Assembly: GCA_964645535.1 (NCBI GenBank)
Contig: CAZYCQ010000005.1
Span: 1 to 61,383, forward strand
Reading direction: 5' to 3'
Source of the DNA: an uncultured archaeon
GTDB lineage: Archaea > Asgardarchaeota > Heimdallarchaeia > Heimdallarchaeales > Kariarchaeaceae
Length of the DNA stretch: 61,383 nucleotides
Shown: positions 29,125 to 39,325 of the stretch, in pieces
How positions within the stretch are numbered: position 1 is the stretch's first letter
How the letters are laid out: the number at the start of each line of letters is the position of its first letter
Position numbers and translations under genes: made by a program
The notes under the pieces: generated by a model
What the model was told of the DNA's origin: nothing
The model's database searches: none
Seen by the model: the letters and a program-made list of their open reading frames with translations, nothing else

Positions 29125-30875
29125 TTTCCGAAGACCTCCATTGGTGGGAGCTCATAATGTCTTTCGAACAATCTTCGATAGAACTTGTTGGTTCTGATCA
29201 ACATTGCATGATTTCCCTGTCCTACCAGTTTTCCTCTATCGAAAATAAGGATGACATCCGCTTTTGCAATGATGGAAAGCCTATGTGTTGTCAATATTGT
29301 TGTTCTGGTTTTCAATACTTCTTCAATGGCTTTTTGTATCTTGAGTTCTGTTCGAGTATCCAACGCTGAAGCTCCATCATCCATGATGAGAATTGTTGGA
29401 TCCATTAAAAGGGCTCTGGCAATGGCAATTCGTTGGGCTTGCCCTCCACTGAGCCTTACCCCTCCCTCTCCTACAAGATTGTCATATTTTTGGGGAAGTT
29501 CCATTATGAACTCATGGGCTTGGGCAAGCTTTGCAACTTCAATCACCTCATCAAGTGTTGCATCAGGCTTCCCAAACCGGATATTCTCAAATATGGTGTC
29601 ATTAAATAGAAAAATATCCTGTTCAACTGTGGCAATATGCTTCCTCAAACTGTCATTGGTATATTCCTGAATATCTCGTCCACCGATTCTGATGGTGCCC
29701 TTTGTTGGTAGATAAAGTCTTTGAATAAGCTTCGTAAGTGTGGTCTTTCCAGATCCTGGCGTCCCAATGATCACTACCGTTTGATTTTCATCAATTCTGA
29801 AAGTGACATCTTTAAGAACATCCGGCTCTTGAGGATTGTATCTGAAAAAAACGTTGGTAAATTCAACAGTTGCTGGTTTTCCGCCATAATCTATGCTTCC
29901 ATCTTCAAATGCACCTGGGTCTGGACTGTGGATGATGTTGTATACCCTCTGGCTTGCTGCAATCATGGTGATGGTCATCCATGATGTCCAATGTAATTCA
30001 TTTGAAATTCCTCTTGCGAGAAGGAGGAGCCCGACTAATAATACAACTCTTTCGATGGGAAGGATTTGTGGATTGATTGAAGAATAAAACACCACTCCTG
30101 CAATTGCACCAACAGAAAACACATTGAGAATTAAAATCGGATAAAATATAGCCCATTTTTCACCTTCTGTGATCTTGGCACGCATGTGGTCAAACGCCTT
30201 TTTTGCAAACTTTCTCTTCACTAAAGGTTCTGCTACATAGTTTTTAACCTCTCTAATTCCTGAAAACGTCCCCACCGAAACATCTGCAAGCTTTGCATAT
30301 TCTTCTAGCGTTCGTTTGCTTAATCCCAAAATGGAAAGTGTGTATCTGACAGTCGCTAACATGAAAAGAAAGAAGCCGAATGCCATAATCGCTGCAAAAA
30401 TGGGATTTACTTCGAAAGCATTGTAAATAGTAACTAACCAAATGGCAAATACCGATATTATGATCCGAACCGCTGGAGAAAGACCGATGTTGATATTTCT
30501 GGTATCCCCCGTTGCACGTCCCATAATTTCCCCAATGTTCACTTTATCATGGTAGGTAAGGCTTCTGTGTTGGAGGTTGGTGAACAGATCTTCTGTTATG
30601 TCTGTTGTGACTCGATGAGCCAATACTTCATTGATGAATGAGACGGAAAAGAAAATGGTCGCCTGAATGATTGCAACTATCAGTATCTGTCCAAGGATAA
30701 ATACAATGTCGTCAAAAGACTTCGTGTTCAGAAGTGTTCCAATAGCTTTTGACGTAAGTGATATGGGAATTGTGAAAATCATCGCCTCAAAAAAAGAAAC
30801 AATTAATGTATAGAAGGTTTTGAACGGATAACGCATATGGATTTGCCATAACCATTTTAATCCTTCAAATCTCAT
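29121..30875 (-). CDS. Heterodimeric ABC exporter subunit (degenerate Walker B)
   Basis: 6 TM helices plus NBD: GTPGSGKT, LSGGQ and IMDDGAS (E replaced by D). ATGA overlap with its partner. Confidence 0.93.
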   Translation of the reverse strand: MRFEGLKWLWQIHMRYPFKTFYTLIVSFFEAMIFTIPISLTSKAIGTLLNTKSFDDIVFILGQILIVAIIQATIFFSVSFINEVLAHRVTTDITEDLFTNLQHRSLTYHDKVNIGEIMGRATGDTRNINIGLSPAVRIIISVFAIWLVTIYNAFEVNPIFAAIMAFGFFLFMLATVRYTLSILGLSKRTLEEYAKLADVSVGTFSGIREVKNYVAEPLVKRKFAKKAFDHMRAKITEGEKWAIFYPILILNVFSVGAIAGVVFYSSINPQILPIERVVLLVGLLLLARGISNELHWTSWMTITMIAASQRVYNIIHSPDPGAFEDGSIDYGGKPATVEFTNVFFRYNPQEPDVLKDVTFRIDENQTVVIIGTPGSGKTTLTKLIQRLYLPTKGTIRIGGRDIQEYTNDSLRKHIATVEQDIFLFNDTIFENIRFGKPDATLDEVIEVAKLAQAHEFIMELPQKYDNLVGEGGVRLSGGQAQRIAIARALLMDPTILIMDDGASALDTRTELKIQKAIEEVLKTRTTILTTHRLSIIAKADVILIFDRGKLVGQGNHAMLIRTNKFYRRLFERHYELPPMEVFGK

Positions 30876-30933
30876 TCAACCTTTCAAATCCTTTTGAATA
30901 TTAAAGCCAACAGAAAGTGAACCTAAACTTTCC

Positions 30934-32352
30934 TTATTGTTTGGTGGTATGGGCAACACTTGAGAAATTAAACGCTTTCAAATGGGCTGCTGGGCATGTG
31001 TTTAGTTGATACATCCTTCGATCCGAAGATAGGGAAATGACGTTGTCGGGTCCAAAGGCCTTCACAAAGCTTTCGGTGTATCTGAGGTTTCTCACCGCTC
31101 CTTGTATCTCTCCATTTTCAACATGGTAAAGTCCATTCCGTGTCAGACCGGTCAATCCTCCTTCTCTTCTTTTGGTGAACCGGTTATACCAGAAATTTTT
31201 CACCCACAGACCATTCTCGATATCTTCTACAAGTCCTCTATAGGGTTTGTTTCCTCCTTCCAAAACAAAAGAGGCAAACATTCCTGTGGTTTGTCCGAAA
31301 AAGGTGAAAGCATGTCCAGTAGCTGCATTTTTGTCCCCAAGAAATCTCGCGGCATTGAATGAATCATAGGGGATCATTTTAAGCACACCTTTTTCAAAGA
31401 CCTGAACATTGCTGGTTGGCAATCCCTCTCCATCGAAAGCACGGACAACATTGGCATTGGATGGATCCAAGGGTCTGTCTTCCACATTGATCTTCTCATC
31501 AAAAATCTGATCTCCGATCCTATCAGATGCGTAACTATTGGTTTCATGAAACCCTACCGGTTCCAATGAAAATTGGGCAAAAAGGAAAAGGTCTGAAACT
31601 GCTTGATGACCCAATACAACTTCATATTCTTTTGCAGGCAAATCGATCAATTTTAGGGTATCTTTTGCTGTTTTTGCTGCTTCAACGGCCATTTCTTCAA
31701 TATTTGGACGATTGGTTCTGAAATGTATTTCTTCTTGTCCATATCCCCGATGAGACTTGTCCGTATCGGATTCCACAATACAATTGACCTTAAAGTAATG
31801 TCCATTGGTGGAAGTTTCAACATCTATCCCATCTGTATTTACAATCCTTTGGTAATTGATTGAGGTAGATGCTGTACCTGAAACAATCACATTTTCTTGG
31901 ACTTCTTCTGCTGCATTGATTGCCTGAATTACTGTTTCCGCTCTCTCTTCCACTGTCCAATCATCTGAACCTAAATTTTTCGGCGTTCCGGGTCTTGGGT
32001 CTGGCAATCCTTGGAAAAACGGAATTTCTGGAGCTCCTTGGACGATGTTCTCAACCTGCTTAAAAAGTTCTGTCAATCCGGTTTCATTGACCATGGTTGT
32101 AGAGCCTGATCCGACTGATTTTCCCGCGGCTAATTTCAAAGAAAATGATATCTCCCCGAACTCAGTAGGTTGTGTCACCTGATTGACTGCATATCTTGTT
32201 GTTCCAGAAAAAACATATCCTGCTGTTATTTGGGCTTCATAACCTTTTTCTTTAGCTAATCTCATAAGGAATGCAATTCCCTCGTCAAGCTTTTCGAATG
32301 GGTTTCCATATTCTTGGACATCAATGATGGATTTTGGGTTTGCTGTGCTCAA
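30934..32352 (-). CDS. TldE/PmbA family protein
   Basis: FDGEG, GLTRNG and AVRNLRYTES motifs; no HExxH. Confidence 0.85.
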   Translation of the reverse strand: MSTANPKSIIDVQEYGNPFEKLDEGIAFLMRLAKEKGYEAQITAGYVFSGTTRYAVNQVTQPTEFGEISFSLKLAAGKSVGSGSTTMVNETGLTELFKQVENIVQGAPEIPFFQGLPDPRPGTPKNLGSDDWTVEERAETVIQAINAAEEVQENVIVSGTASTSINYQRIVNTDGIDVETSTNGHYFKVNCIVESDTDKSHRGYGQEEIHFRTNRPNIEEMAVEAAKTAKDTLKLIDLPAKEYEVVLGHQAVSDLFLFAQFSLEPVGFHETNSYASDRIGDQIFDEKINVEDRPLDPSNANVVRAFDGEGLPTSNVQVFEKGVLKMIPYDSFNAARFLGDKNAATGHAFTFFGQTTGMFASFVLEGGNKPYRGLVEDIENGLWVKNFWYNRFTKRREGGLTGLTRNGLYHVENGEIQGAVRNLRYTESFVKAFGPDNVISLSSDRRMYQLNTCPAAHLKAFNFSSVAHTTKQ

Positions 32353-32436
32353 CTCGGTCTACCTCTCAATTCTAAATGCTCAATTCAGGTTGATTATAAA
32401 AACAATCTGCATATCGGACAAATTGGGGATAATGTA

Positions 32437-33885
32437 TTAGATAAGATTTTTCAGGTCAGGGAACCGTTCATACATGATTCTTTCATAAACGGTAGTTCCA
32501 TCAAAGCTTTCTGATAATCTCTTGAGGTTAGGAATCATTGCCACTGCTTTCTGCGTCTTGTTCAAAATCTGATTGTGTATTTCCGAGGTGCCTTCATAAA
32601 TTGCCAGAACCCGCACATCTCTCATAACTTTGTTGACTTCGTATTCTGCAACAAAGCCGTTGCCGCCAAAGATTTGTGTGGCATCATAGGCCATTTGGTT
32701 CACAACTTCTGAAGTATAGATCTTTGCTGAAGAGACAAAATGGTGTGCAAGTCCTCCACGTACTGCACCTGGAACCATTGATGCGGCTTGCTTTTCCGGG
32801 CCTTCCTTTCCTCCTGCACCGACATCGGCAGGTACCCAGCCTCTATTGTATCTATCTAGAGTATATGCTGCTCGATATCCGTATTCTTCCATTCTAGGGA
32901 TGGTACGCATCATCTCCCTGAGCTTGTTTTCAATAATTGGAAATTGGATAATCGGTCTCTTGAATTGTTCTCTTGTTTTCGCATATTGAAATGCTTCTAG
33001 AAAGAGCCGTTTTGCGGCGGCAATTCCCTGAAAGCTTACTCCTACTCGCATTCCCATTAACCGCTCAAGTACCTTTCTATATCCATCCCCAACTTCTGCA
33101 ATCACGTTTTCCTTAGGAACCGTGACATTTTCAAAAAGAAGTTGGGCTGTTGGTGAGACATGGAGCCCTGATTTTTCCTCAACTCTTAACGGCGTAATTC
33201 CATCCAAATCCGTCACGAGAAAAACATTGGTGCCTTCTCGTTTCCCGTTAACAATATTCTGTGCCAAGAAAAGACCAGTGTTTGCATATCCTCCATTTGA
33301 GATCCAAACTTTCGTTCCATTCAGAACATACTCATCACCAACAAGCTCGGATGTGGACTTGACTGCTTCTAGATTTGAACCTGCTCCCGGCTCGGAGAAC
33401 GCTACATATCCCAATCTCTTTCCTTCTCCGAATTCTTCCAATATCGGATCGAAATTTGGTTTATAATATTGCACCAAGGCCTCAATGACTGATAGAGAAA
33501 TCATTATCATGATTTGGAGGGATATGTCATATGTTGCTATTACTTCACTTATTGGCCCCTGAAACAGATTGCCGAATCCCATCCCTCCAAGATGTTCTGG
33601 AAGGAAGAATGTATATAATTGGTTGTCTCTTACAATTTCATAAACAATGTCCTCGAAGTCTTTCGGAAGAATGACTTTGCCATCTTCCACTCTAACTCCT
33701 ACATGATCCCATTCCCGAGCCTTGGTTCTTGCGTCTCGTTTTTCAAGAATGGTATCCACCGTGCTTAGGACGTCAAAAAAAACGTCTATTGCATCTTGGT
33801 CGAAACCAAGCTTTGGTGCATAATTGTTGATCAATTCTTTGCGTTTGGCGTTGATGTTAAAATTCTCTAAATCTTCAATGCTCAT
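32437..33885 (-). CDS. Acyl-CoA dehydrogenase family protein
   Basis: FSEPGAGSN, LNGTKVWISNG, REQFKRPI, QIFGGNG and IYEGTSEI motifs. Confidence 0.92.
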   Translation of the reverse strand: MSIEDLENFNINAKRKELINNYAPKLGFDQDAIDVFFDVLSTVDTILEKRDARTKAREWDHVGVRVEDGKVILPKDFEDIVYEIVRDNQLYTFFLPEHLGGMGFGNLFQGPISEVIATYDISLQIMIMISLSVIEALVQYYKPNFDPILEEFGEGKRLGYVAFSEPGAGSNLEAVKSTSELVGDEYVLNGTKVWISNGGYANTGLFLAQNIVNGKREGTNVFLVTDLDGITPLRVEEKSGLHVSPTAQLLFENVTVPKENVIAEVGDGYRKVLERLMGMRVGVSFQGIAAAKRLFLEAFQYAKTREQFKRPIIQFPIIENKLREMMRTIPRMEEYGYRAAYTLDRYNRGWVPADVGAGGKEGPEKQAASMVPGAVRGGLAHHFVSSAKIYTSEVVNQMAYDATQIFGGNGFVAEYEVNKVMRDVRVLAIYEGTSEIHNQILNKTQKAVAMIPNLKRLSESFDGTTVYERIMYERFPDLKNLI

Positions 33886-33896
33886 ATTTCATCCAC

Positions 33897-33940
33897 TTAT
33901 GCAGTCGGTTTATTTCCTCTTGCTTATTATATCTGCATAA
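33897..33940. promoter_or_regulatory. Inverted repeat TTATGCAG-N28-CTGCATAA in divergent promoter
   Basis: Perfect 8-bp arms at 33897-33904 and 33933-33940. Confidence 0.35.
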
Positions 33941-34057
33941 AATATCTATAAAAGACTTACATCCAAGGGAGTGGTCTTGTGCACATAAATTGAATTCCGC
34001 TAAATCTCCCTTTGTCATTTGGCAATCCAGAATCTCCTTTCTGCTCTAGTTTATTAA

Positions 34058-35536
34058 ATGTCATTCTTCAGATCGACTATGGATATTGATCCTGACCTGA
34101 TGGAATTCACACTGAATCAAGCGATGGGTGACGGGGTTTCCTATGCTGACGTGAAGTTTCTTGAAAGGAACAGTGTTTCTATTTCCGTGAAAAATGGTGT
34201 GGTTGAAGGTACAAACAAAAGCCTATCCGCTGGGATTGGAATCAAAGTACTGTACTCCGGAGGTTATGGCTTTGCATCCACCAATATTCTGGATCGGGAA
34301 AATATCGAGAAAGCTGCTGCTAGGGCTATTCGCGTAGCAAAAGCCACCTCAAAAGCAATGAAACGACCAATTAAATTGGCTGAAGAGCCTGTCCATGTTG
34401 ATACTGTTATTACTCCTATGAAAAAGGATCCTTCCAAGGTTCCATTGGAGGAAACCATTGCATTATTGATCGATGCAACTAAAGCCGCAGACATGGGCGA
34501 TCCCCGCGTTAAAGCAAGAAATGGTTATTATAACCATTGGAAAGATCGGATGGTTCTATGGACTTCTGAAGGATCTCGCATTGATCAAACCATTGTGGTG
34601 ACGGGCGGTGGTGTTTCAACTTTGGCAGTTGGAAATGGTGAAACCCAAACAAGAAGTAAACCCTCCTCTTTCCGTGGAGATCTTTCTACGGAAGGATATG
34701 AATATTTTGAATCATTAAGGCTCATCGAAGTTGCACCAGAAGCCACCAATGAAGCCTTGGCTCTTTTGGAAGCTCCTAATTGTCCTAGCAAGAATAAAGC
34801 CACCCTGATCCTTAAACCAGCACAATTGATGCTCCAAACTCATGAAAATGGTCATGGTTTCGAATTGGATCGCGCATTGGATTATGAAGCAGCTTTTGCA
34901 GGTACCAGTTTTCTGAAACCCCATCTCCTCAATGAGCTGGATTTTGGAAATGAATTGGTTACCATTACCGCAGATGCAACTACTCCTGGTGGCCTTGGAA
35001 CATTTTTCTATGACCACGAGGGAGTAAAGGCTCAACGTACTACTCTTGTGGACAAAGGGAAATTTGTAGGCTATCTCTCCTCTCGGGAGACTGCTCCACT
35101 GATTGGCTTAGATCGCTCGTCTGGCTCTGCGCGTTCATCCGCATACAATAGAATGCCCCTGATCCGTATGACTAACATCAATCTTGAACCTGGTGACTGG
35201 AAATATGAGGAAATAATTGAAGACACCAAAGACGGATATATGTTCGACACCAACGTTTCTTGGAGTATCGATGATCTTCGCCTGTCTTTCCAATTCGGAT
35301 GTGAAATCGGATGGCGTATCGAAAACGGGGAAATCAAACACATCATACGCAACCCAAGTTATACCGGCATTACTCCCCAATTCTGGAACTCTGTTACTGC
35401 CATTGCCAACAAAAATGATTTCCGAATCTATGGAACCCCCAATTGTGGAAAAGGTGAACCTGGACAGGTGATGTATACTGGCCATGGCTCTTCAACCACA
35501 CGGTTTGAAAATGTCCGTATTGGTGTGGTTCAGTGA
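34058..35536 (+). CDS. tldD: TldD family metalloprotease
   Basis: HENGH, ELDRALDYEAAFAGTSF, YDHEGV, RMTNINL and NCGKGEPGQ motifs. Confidence 0.88.
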   Translation: MSFFRSTMDIDPDLMEFTLNQAMGDGVSYADVKFLERNSVSISVKNGVVEGTNKSLSAGIGIKVLYSGGYGFASTNILDRENIEKAAARAIRVAKATSKAMKRPIKLAEEPVHVDTVITPMKKDPSKVPLEETIALLIDATKAADMGDPRVKARNGYYNHWKDRMVLWTSEGSRIDQTIVVTGGGVSTLAVGNGETQTRSKPSSFRGDLSTEGYEYFESLRLIEVAPEATNEALALLEAPNCPSKNKATLILKPAQLMLQTHENGHGFELDRALDYEAAFAGTSFLKPHLLNELDFGNELVTITADATTPGGLGTFFYDHEGVKAQRTTLVDKGKFVGYLSSRETAPLIGLDRSSGSARSSAYNRMPLIRMTNINLEPGDWKYEEIIEDTKDGYMFDTNVSWSIDDLRLSFQFGCEIGWRIENGEIKHIIRNPSYTGITPQFWNSVTAIANKNDFRIYGTPNCGKGEPGQVMYTGHGSSTTRFENVRIGVVQ

Positions 35537-36288
35537 GAGAGAATTCTGTCGATCAATGCTAAAACAATATTTTGAAGGGTCTGCATTCTCTGTTTGAAAA
35601 TTTCAATAACTTCATCATGGGTGACATGTTGTTGCATGCCTGCACCGAAATTTGTTACGACACCAATTGTTGCATATTCAAGACCCAATTCTTTTGCAAG
35701 AAATGCTTCTGGGGCTGATGTCATCCCAAGAAAATCTGCACCCAACAGTTTTAACATTTTTACCTCGGCCGCTGTTTCAAAACGTGGACCATTTGACACT
35801 GCAATGGTTCCGTGATCTACGAAATTTAAATCCAAGGCTTTCATTGTTTCAATGATGTGGTTTCTGAGTTCCTGTGAGAATGGCTCAGAAACATCTGTGT
35901 GGACAACCCTCTTGAATTCACGAGGGGCGGTGACGTCACTATCCCCCAAAAAAAACGTATGTTCACGATTGGATGTAAAATCGATTATCTGATCCGGAAC
36001 TGCAAATGTCCCGGGATCAATATTTTCTTGTGTGGTTCCTACTGCATTCGTTGCAATGATTTTCTTCACCCCTAAGGTATAAAGGGCATGGATATTGGCT
36101 CGATAATTGATTCTATGGGGAGGTACCGTATGACCCTTCCCATGTCGGGCAAGAAAGTAAATTTTCTCTCCTGATTGATGATCCATCGAAACAAGTTCCC
36201 CACTGACTCCAAAGGGGGTGTTCTGTCGGATACGTTCTCCCTCTCCAAAGGAATAGAAACCTGATCCCCCAATTATTCCAATTGCCAT
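35530..36288 (-). CDS. MTAP-family purine nucleoside phosphorylase, probably methylthioinosine phosphorylase
   Basis: GIIGGSG, RHG...PPHRINYRAN, GPRFETAAE, GMT and VTN motifs. Confidence 0.88.
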   Translation of the reverse strand: MAIGIIGGSGFYSFGEGERIRQNTPFGVSGELVSMDHQSGEKIYFLARHGKGHTVPPHRINYRANIHALYTLGVKKIIATNAVGTTQENIDPGTFAVPDQIIDFTSNREHTFFLGDSDVTAPREFKRVVHTDVSEPFSQELRNHIIETMKALDLNFVDHGTIAVSNGPRFETAAEVKMLKLLGADFLGMTSAPEAFLAKELGLEYATIGVVTNFGAGMQQHVTHDEVIEIFKQRMQTLQNIVLALIDRILSH

Positions 36289-36386
36289 GAATTTCCTCTT
36301 GACTATGCTTAAATAAATGTTCTAATTCAATCAAGAGGTTTTGTGGTTTTCACATAACCCTAAAAATCCAATTGTAAAGAATAATT

Positions 36387-37736
36387 GTGTCTGAAGAAAC
36401 AATACTTGTCAAAGCAAAATATATCGTCCAAAATACGTCATCCTATCCTTCCGTACTGAAAGATGGTGCCATTCTAATTCAAAACGGAAAAATCATGAAG
36501 GTCGCATCTGAACAGGAATTCACAGATCATGCAGATCTTGTCTATGATTTTCCCAATCATGCAGTCATGCCTGGTATCGCAAATGCCCATTCTCACGCAG
36601 CAATGACTCTGTTTCGAGGCTATGCTGATGATTTGCCTCTTCAGCAATGGCTGAATGAATACATCTGGCCAATCGAAAGAAAAATGACCAAGGATGACGT
36701 GTACCTCGGTGCAAAACTCGCTGCTGTAGAAGCATTGATGTCTGGAACCACTCTTTTCAATTCGCAATATTGGCATCCTGAAATGGAGGCCAAGGCTTTT
36801 CTCGAAGTGGGTGTGAGGCTTGTGTGTGGGCCTCCTGTCCTTTCCGGGATGGCTGGGCTTAGTTTTCCCCAAGAATTGATTTCAACATACCATGGCAAAA
36901 ATGATGATATGACTCGGATATCCATGAATCCACATGCTCCTTATACTGTCTCTCCCGAAGAATATGCTCGTATCAATGATTTTGTCGAAAATTTCAATGC
37001 AAAGGGCAATGGCCCTCCCATGATTGTTCATACTCATGTTGCCGAGGCAAAAGATGAAATGGATGCTATTCGTGGATTTGCAGAAAAAGAAGGTATCGTG
37101 ATACCTCCTGATGTCTCAACACCTGTTGAATACCTTGATAAATTTGACATTCTTCGTTCATTCACTTTAGCGGCTCATGCAATTGAGGTTCCACCAAAAG
37201 ACCAACAAACACTTGCCAAACATGGGGTTTCTGTCTCGGTGAACACGGAGAGCAACATGAAACTGGCTAATTCTGTAGCTCCTGCCCAAGAATATCGTCA
37301 ATTGGGTATGTCTGTTGGGCTTGGAACCGACAGTGCGTGCTCCAATAATTCACTAGATATGTTTTCAACGATGAAATCTACTGCCATTGTCCAAAAAGGG
37401 TTCCATACAGTTCCTACAAGGCTTCCAGCTTCGGAAATCATTTCCATGGCAACCTCTGGCGGTGCCTCGGCAATGGGGTGGAAAGAAGTCGGTGATTTAC
37501 TTCCTGGTATGTATGCAGATCTTGTGGTGGTCGATCTAAATAAACCCCATCTCCGTCCTATCCCATCCGGAAAAACACTTCTTTCACATTTGGTTTATGC
37601 CGTCAAAGGATCGGATGTCTCCGATGTAATGGTTGGTGGTGTTTGGAAACTTAGAAACCGTGTTCCGACTGGAATTGATTTGCCTACTCTTCTCGAAGAG
37701 TTTGAAACAACTGCCTTGAATCTTCTGAAGGCCTGA
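36387..37736 (+). CDS. mtaD: 5'-methylthioadenosine/S-adenosylhomocysteine deaminase (amidohydrolase)
   Basis: NAHSH, RGYADD, PHAPY, HVAE, SNMKLA and GTD...NN motifs. Confidence 0.8.
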   Translation: MSEETILVKAKYIVQNTSSYPSVLKDGAILIQNGKIMKVASEQEFTDHADLVYDFPNHAVMPGIANAHSHAAMTLFRGYADDLPLQQWLNEYIWPIERKMTKDDVYLGAKLAAVEALMSGTTLFNSQYWHPEMEAKAFLEVGVRLVCGPPVLSGMAGLSFPQELISTYHGKNDDMTRISMNPHAPYTVSPEEYARINDFVENFNAKGNGPPMIVHTHVAEAKDEMDAIRGFAEKEGIVIPPDVSTPVEYLDKFDILRSFTLAAHAIEVPPKDQQTLAKHGVSVSVNTESNMKLANSVAPAQEYRQLGMSVGLGTDSACSNNSLDMFSTMKSTAIVQKGFHTVPTRLPASEIISMATSGGASAMGWKEVGDLLPGMYADLVVVDLNKPHLRPIPSGKTLLSHLVYAVKGSDVSDVMVGGVWKLRNRVPTGIDLPTLLEEFETTALNLLKA

Positions 37737-38591
37737 TCATCTGGAATCTTTCCACAATTTCTGTGTTGAGGGATCCCATCCGGTGCGCAATCCTTCATCA
37801 AATTGATCCAAAGTTTTCATGTCCTGTTGACTAATTTCAAAATCAAAAATACTGGCATTCTCAAGAATCCTCTCGTATTTTGAAGATTTTGCGAGAACTA
37901 TGGTTCCTTTCTGCACAGCCCATCTGAGGAGAATTTGGGCTGTGGTTTTGTTATATTTTTGTGCAATTTGTTTGAGCCTTGGATCATCCAGTTTTTTACC
38001 CTTGGTGAGTGGACTATAGGCCTCAATTTTTATCCCTCTTTCCTCACAGAATTGTTGAAGATCCTTTTGGTAAAGATAAGGTGAAAATTCAATCTGATTG
38101 ACGGCAGGAACAAATTCTGCAACTGGTAGAAGTTCATCTAGATGCCATTGCATATAATTGGAGACTCCAATTGCCCTTGCTTTTCCTTCCTTGTAGATCT
38201 TTTCCAAGGCCTTCCATGTTTCAAGCCTCAACTCCTCAACTGGCCAATGGATCAAATATAGATCTACATAGTCGAGTTTCAATCGTTTCAGCGATTTCTC
38301 AAAGGCATTCAGCGCGCTTTCATATCCATGATCCCTGTTCCAAAGCTTTGTTGTTACAAAAATCTCTTCCCGTGGCACCTCTGATTTGTGTAAGGCCTTT
38401 CCAACATCTTCTTCATTTCCATAGATTGCCGCAGTATCAATATGACGATATCCTACTTCTAAGGCAGAAAGGACTGCCCTTTCAGTCTCACCTCCTGATT
38501 TGGCTTTATATGTTCCAAGTCCAAAAATCGGAATCTTAACTCCGTTATTCAATGTGATGCAGGTATCTAGACTAATATGGGAACTCATCAA
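37737..38591 (-). CDS. Aldo/keto reductase (AKR5/YvgN-like)
   Basis: GYRHIDTAAIY, TTKLWN, DLYLIHWP, IGVSN and AYSPL motifs. Confidence 0.93.
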   Translation of the reverse strand: MMSSHISLDTCITLNNGVKIPIFGLGTYKAKSGGETERAVLSALEVGYRHIDTAAIYGNEEDVGKALHKSEVPREEIFVTTKLWNRDHGYESALNAFEKSLKRLKLDYVDLYLIHWPVEELRLETWKALEKIYKEGKARAIGVSNYMQWHLDELLPVAEFVPAVNQIEFSPYLYQKDLQQFCEERGIKIEAYSPLTKGKKLDDPRLKQIAQKYNKTTAQILLRWAVQKGTIVLAKSSKYERILENASIFDFEISQQDMKTLDQFDEGLRTGWDPSTQKLWKDSR

Positions 38592-38706
38592 ATCTCTATC
38601 AATCCATATGTATTTGAAGATACTACCTTCGGCAAACCAGAAAATGATATGATTTAGTTAAAGTTGAATGGCAATGAACCCCAATGTTCAAATTCTATTG
38701 GGATAA

Positions 38707-39267
38707 TTGTCCTCATTGATACAAATCCCTGAATTTTCTTCTGAAATTCGAAAATATGCACTTGCCCGTTTTTTCCAATTTTTGGCGTATCAGATGCTGT
38801 TAGCAAAATTCTTCAGTGGCGGTGCAATCGCGATCGTATTGGTGGAAGTTCCTGTCATCCAAAAACAATTGAAGGTTTTTGATCCTCTGGGACGGCGATT
38901 GCATTTCTATCGTCAACTCTACCTTTTCACTCTCCTTCTTTGGAAAGGCATGGCAATTCTTTATCTTGAATTTTATCCATCCCCTTTGGTTGGCATTCTT
39001 TTTGTCATTCTTCTTCATCTTTCTATGGGTTTGGAAACATTACTTTTCATAAGAATCTCATCACGACTTGAGGAGAAATATCATGGGGAGATGCTGCGAT
39101 ATATCGGTTTTTTGCAGCTTGCTGTCGTGATCATGGGCATTTTGGGAAGTGCACTTGGTGTTGTCTTGATTATTGAATATCTGCTTGCATTCTCTTTTCT
39201 CCTAATTCCTGCCTTTCTCGTTGCATGGGCCTCAATATTTCCCAAAGAAGCCATTTATCCTGATTAA
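38707..39267 (+). CDS. Hypothetical membrane protein
   Basis: 5-6 hydrophobic segments. Confidence 0.55.
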   Translation: MSSLIQIPEFSSEIRKYALARFFQFLAYQMLLAKFFSGGAIAIVLVEVPVIQKQLKVFDPLGRRLHFYRQLYLFTLLLWKGMAILYLEFYPSPLVGILFVILLHLSMGLETLLFIRISSRLEEKYHGEMLRYIGFLQLAVVIMGILGSALGVVLIIEYLLAFSFLLIPAFLVAWASIFPKEAIYPD

Positions 39268-39325
39268 TCATTTTTTAGAGAGATCTAGCAGAAATGCTTT
39301 TTTTTGTGTTTTTGATATATATAGT

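Noticed and set aside
33886-34057. Precursor peptide for the Tld/ABC locus
   Set aside because: No convincing small ORF in the intergenic region.
38668-38706. Short in-frame ORF MAMNPNVQILLG* immediately before the membrane protein TTG
   Set aside because: It could be a uORF or a nonsense mutation, but nothing distinguishes it from chance.
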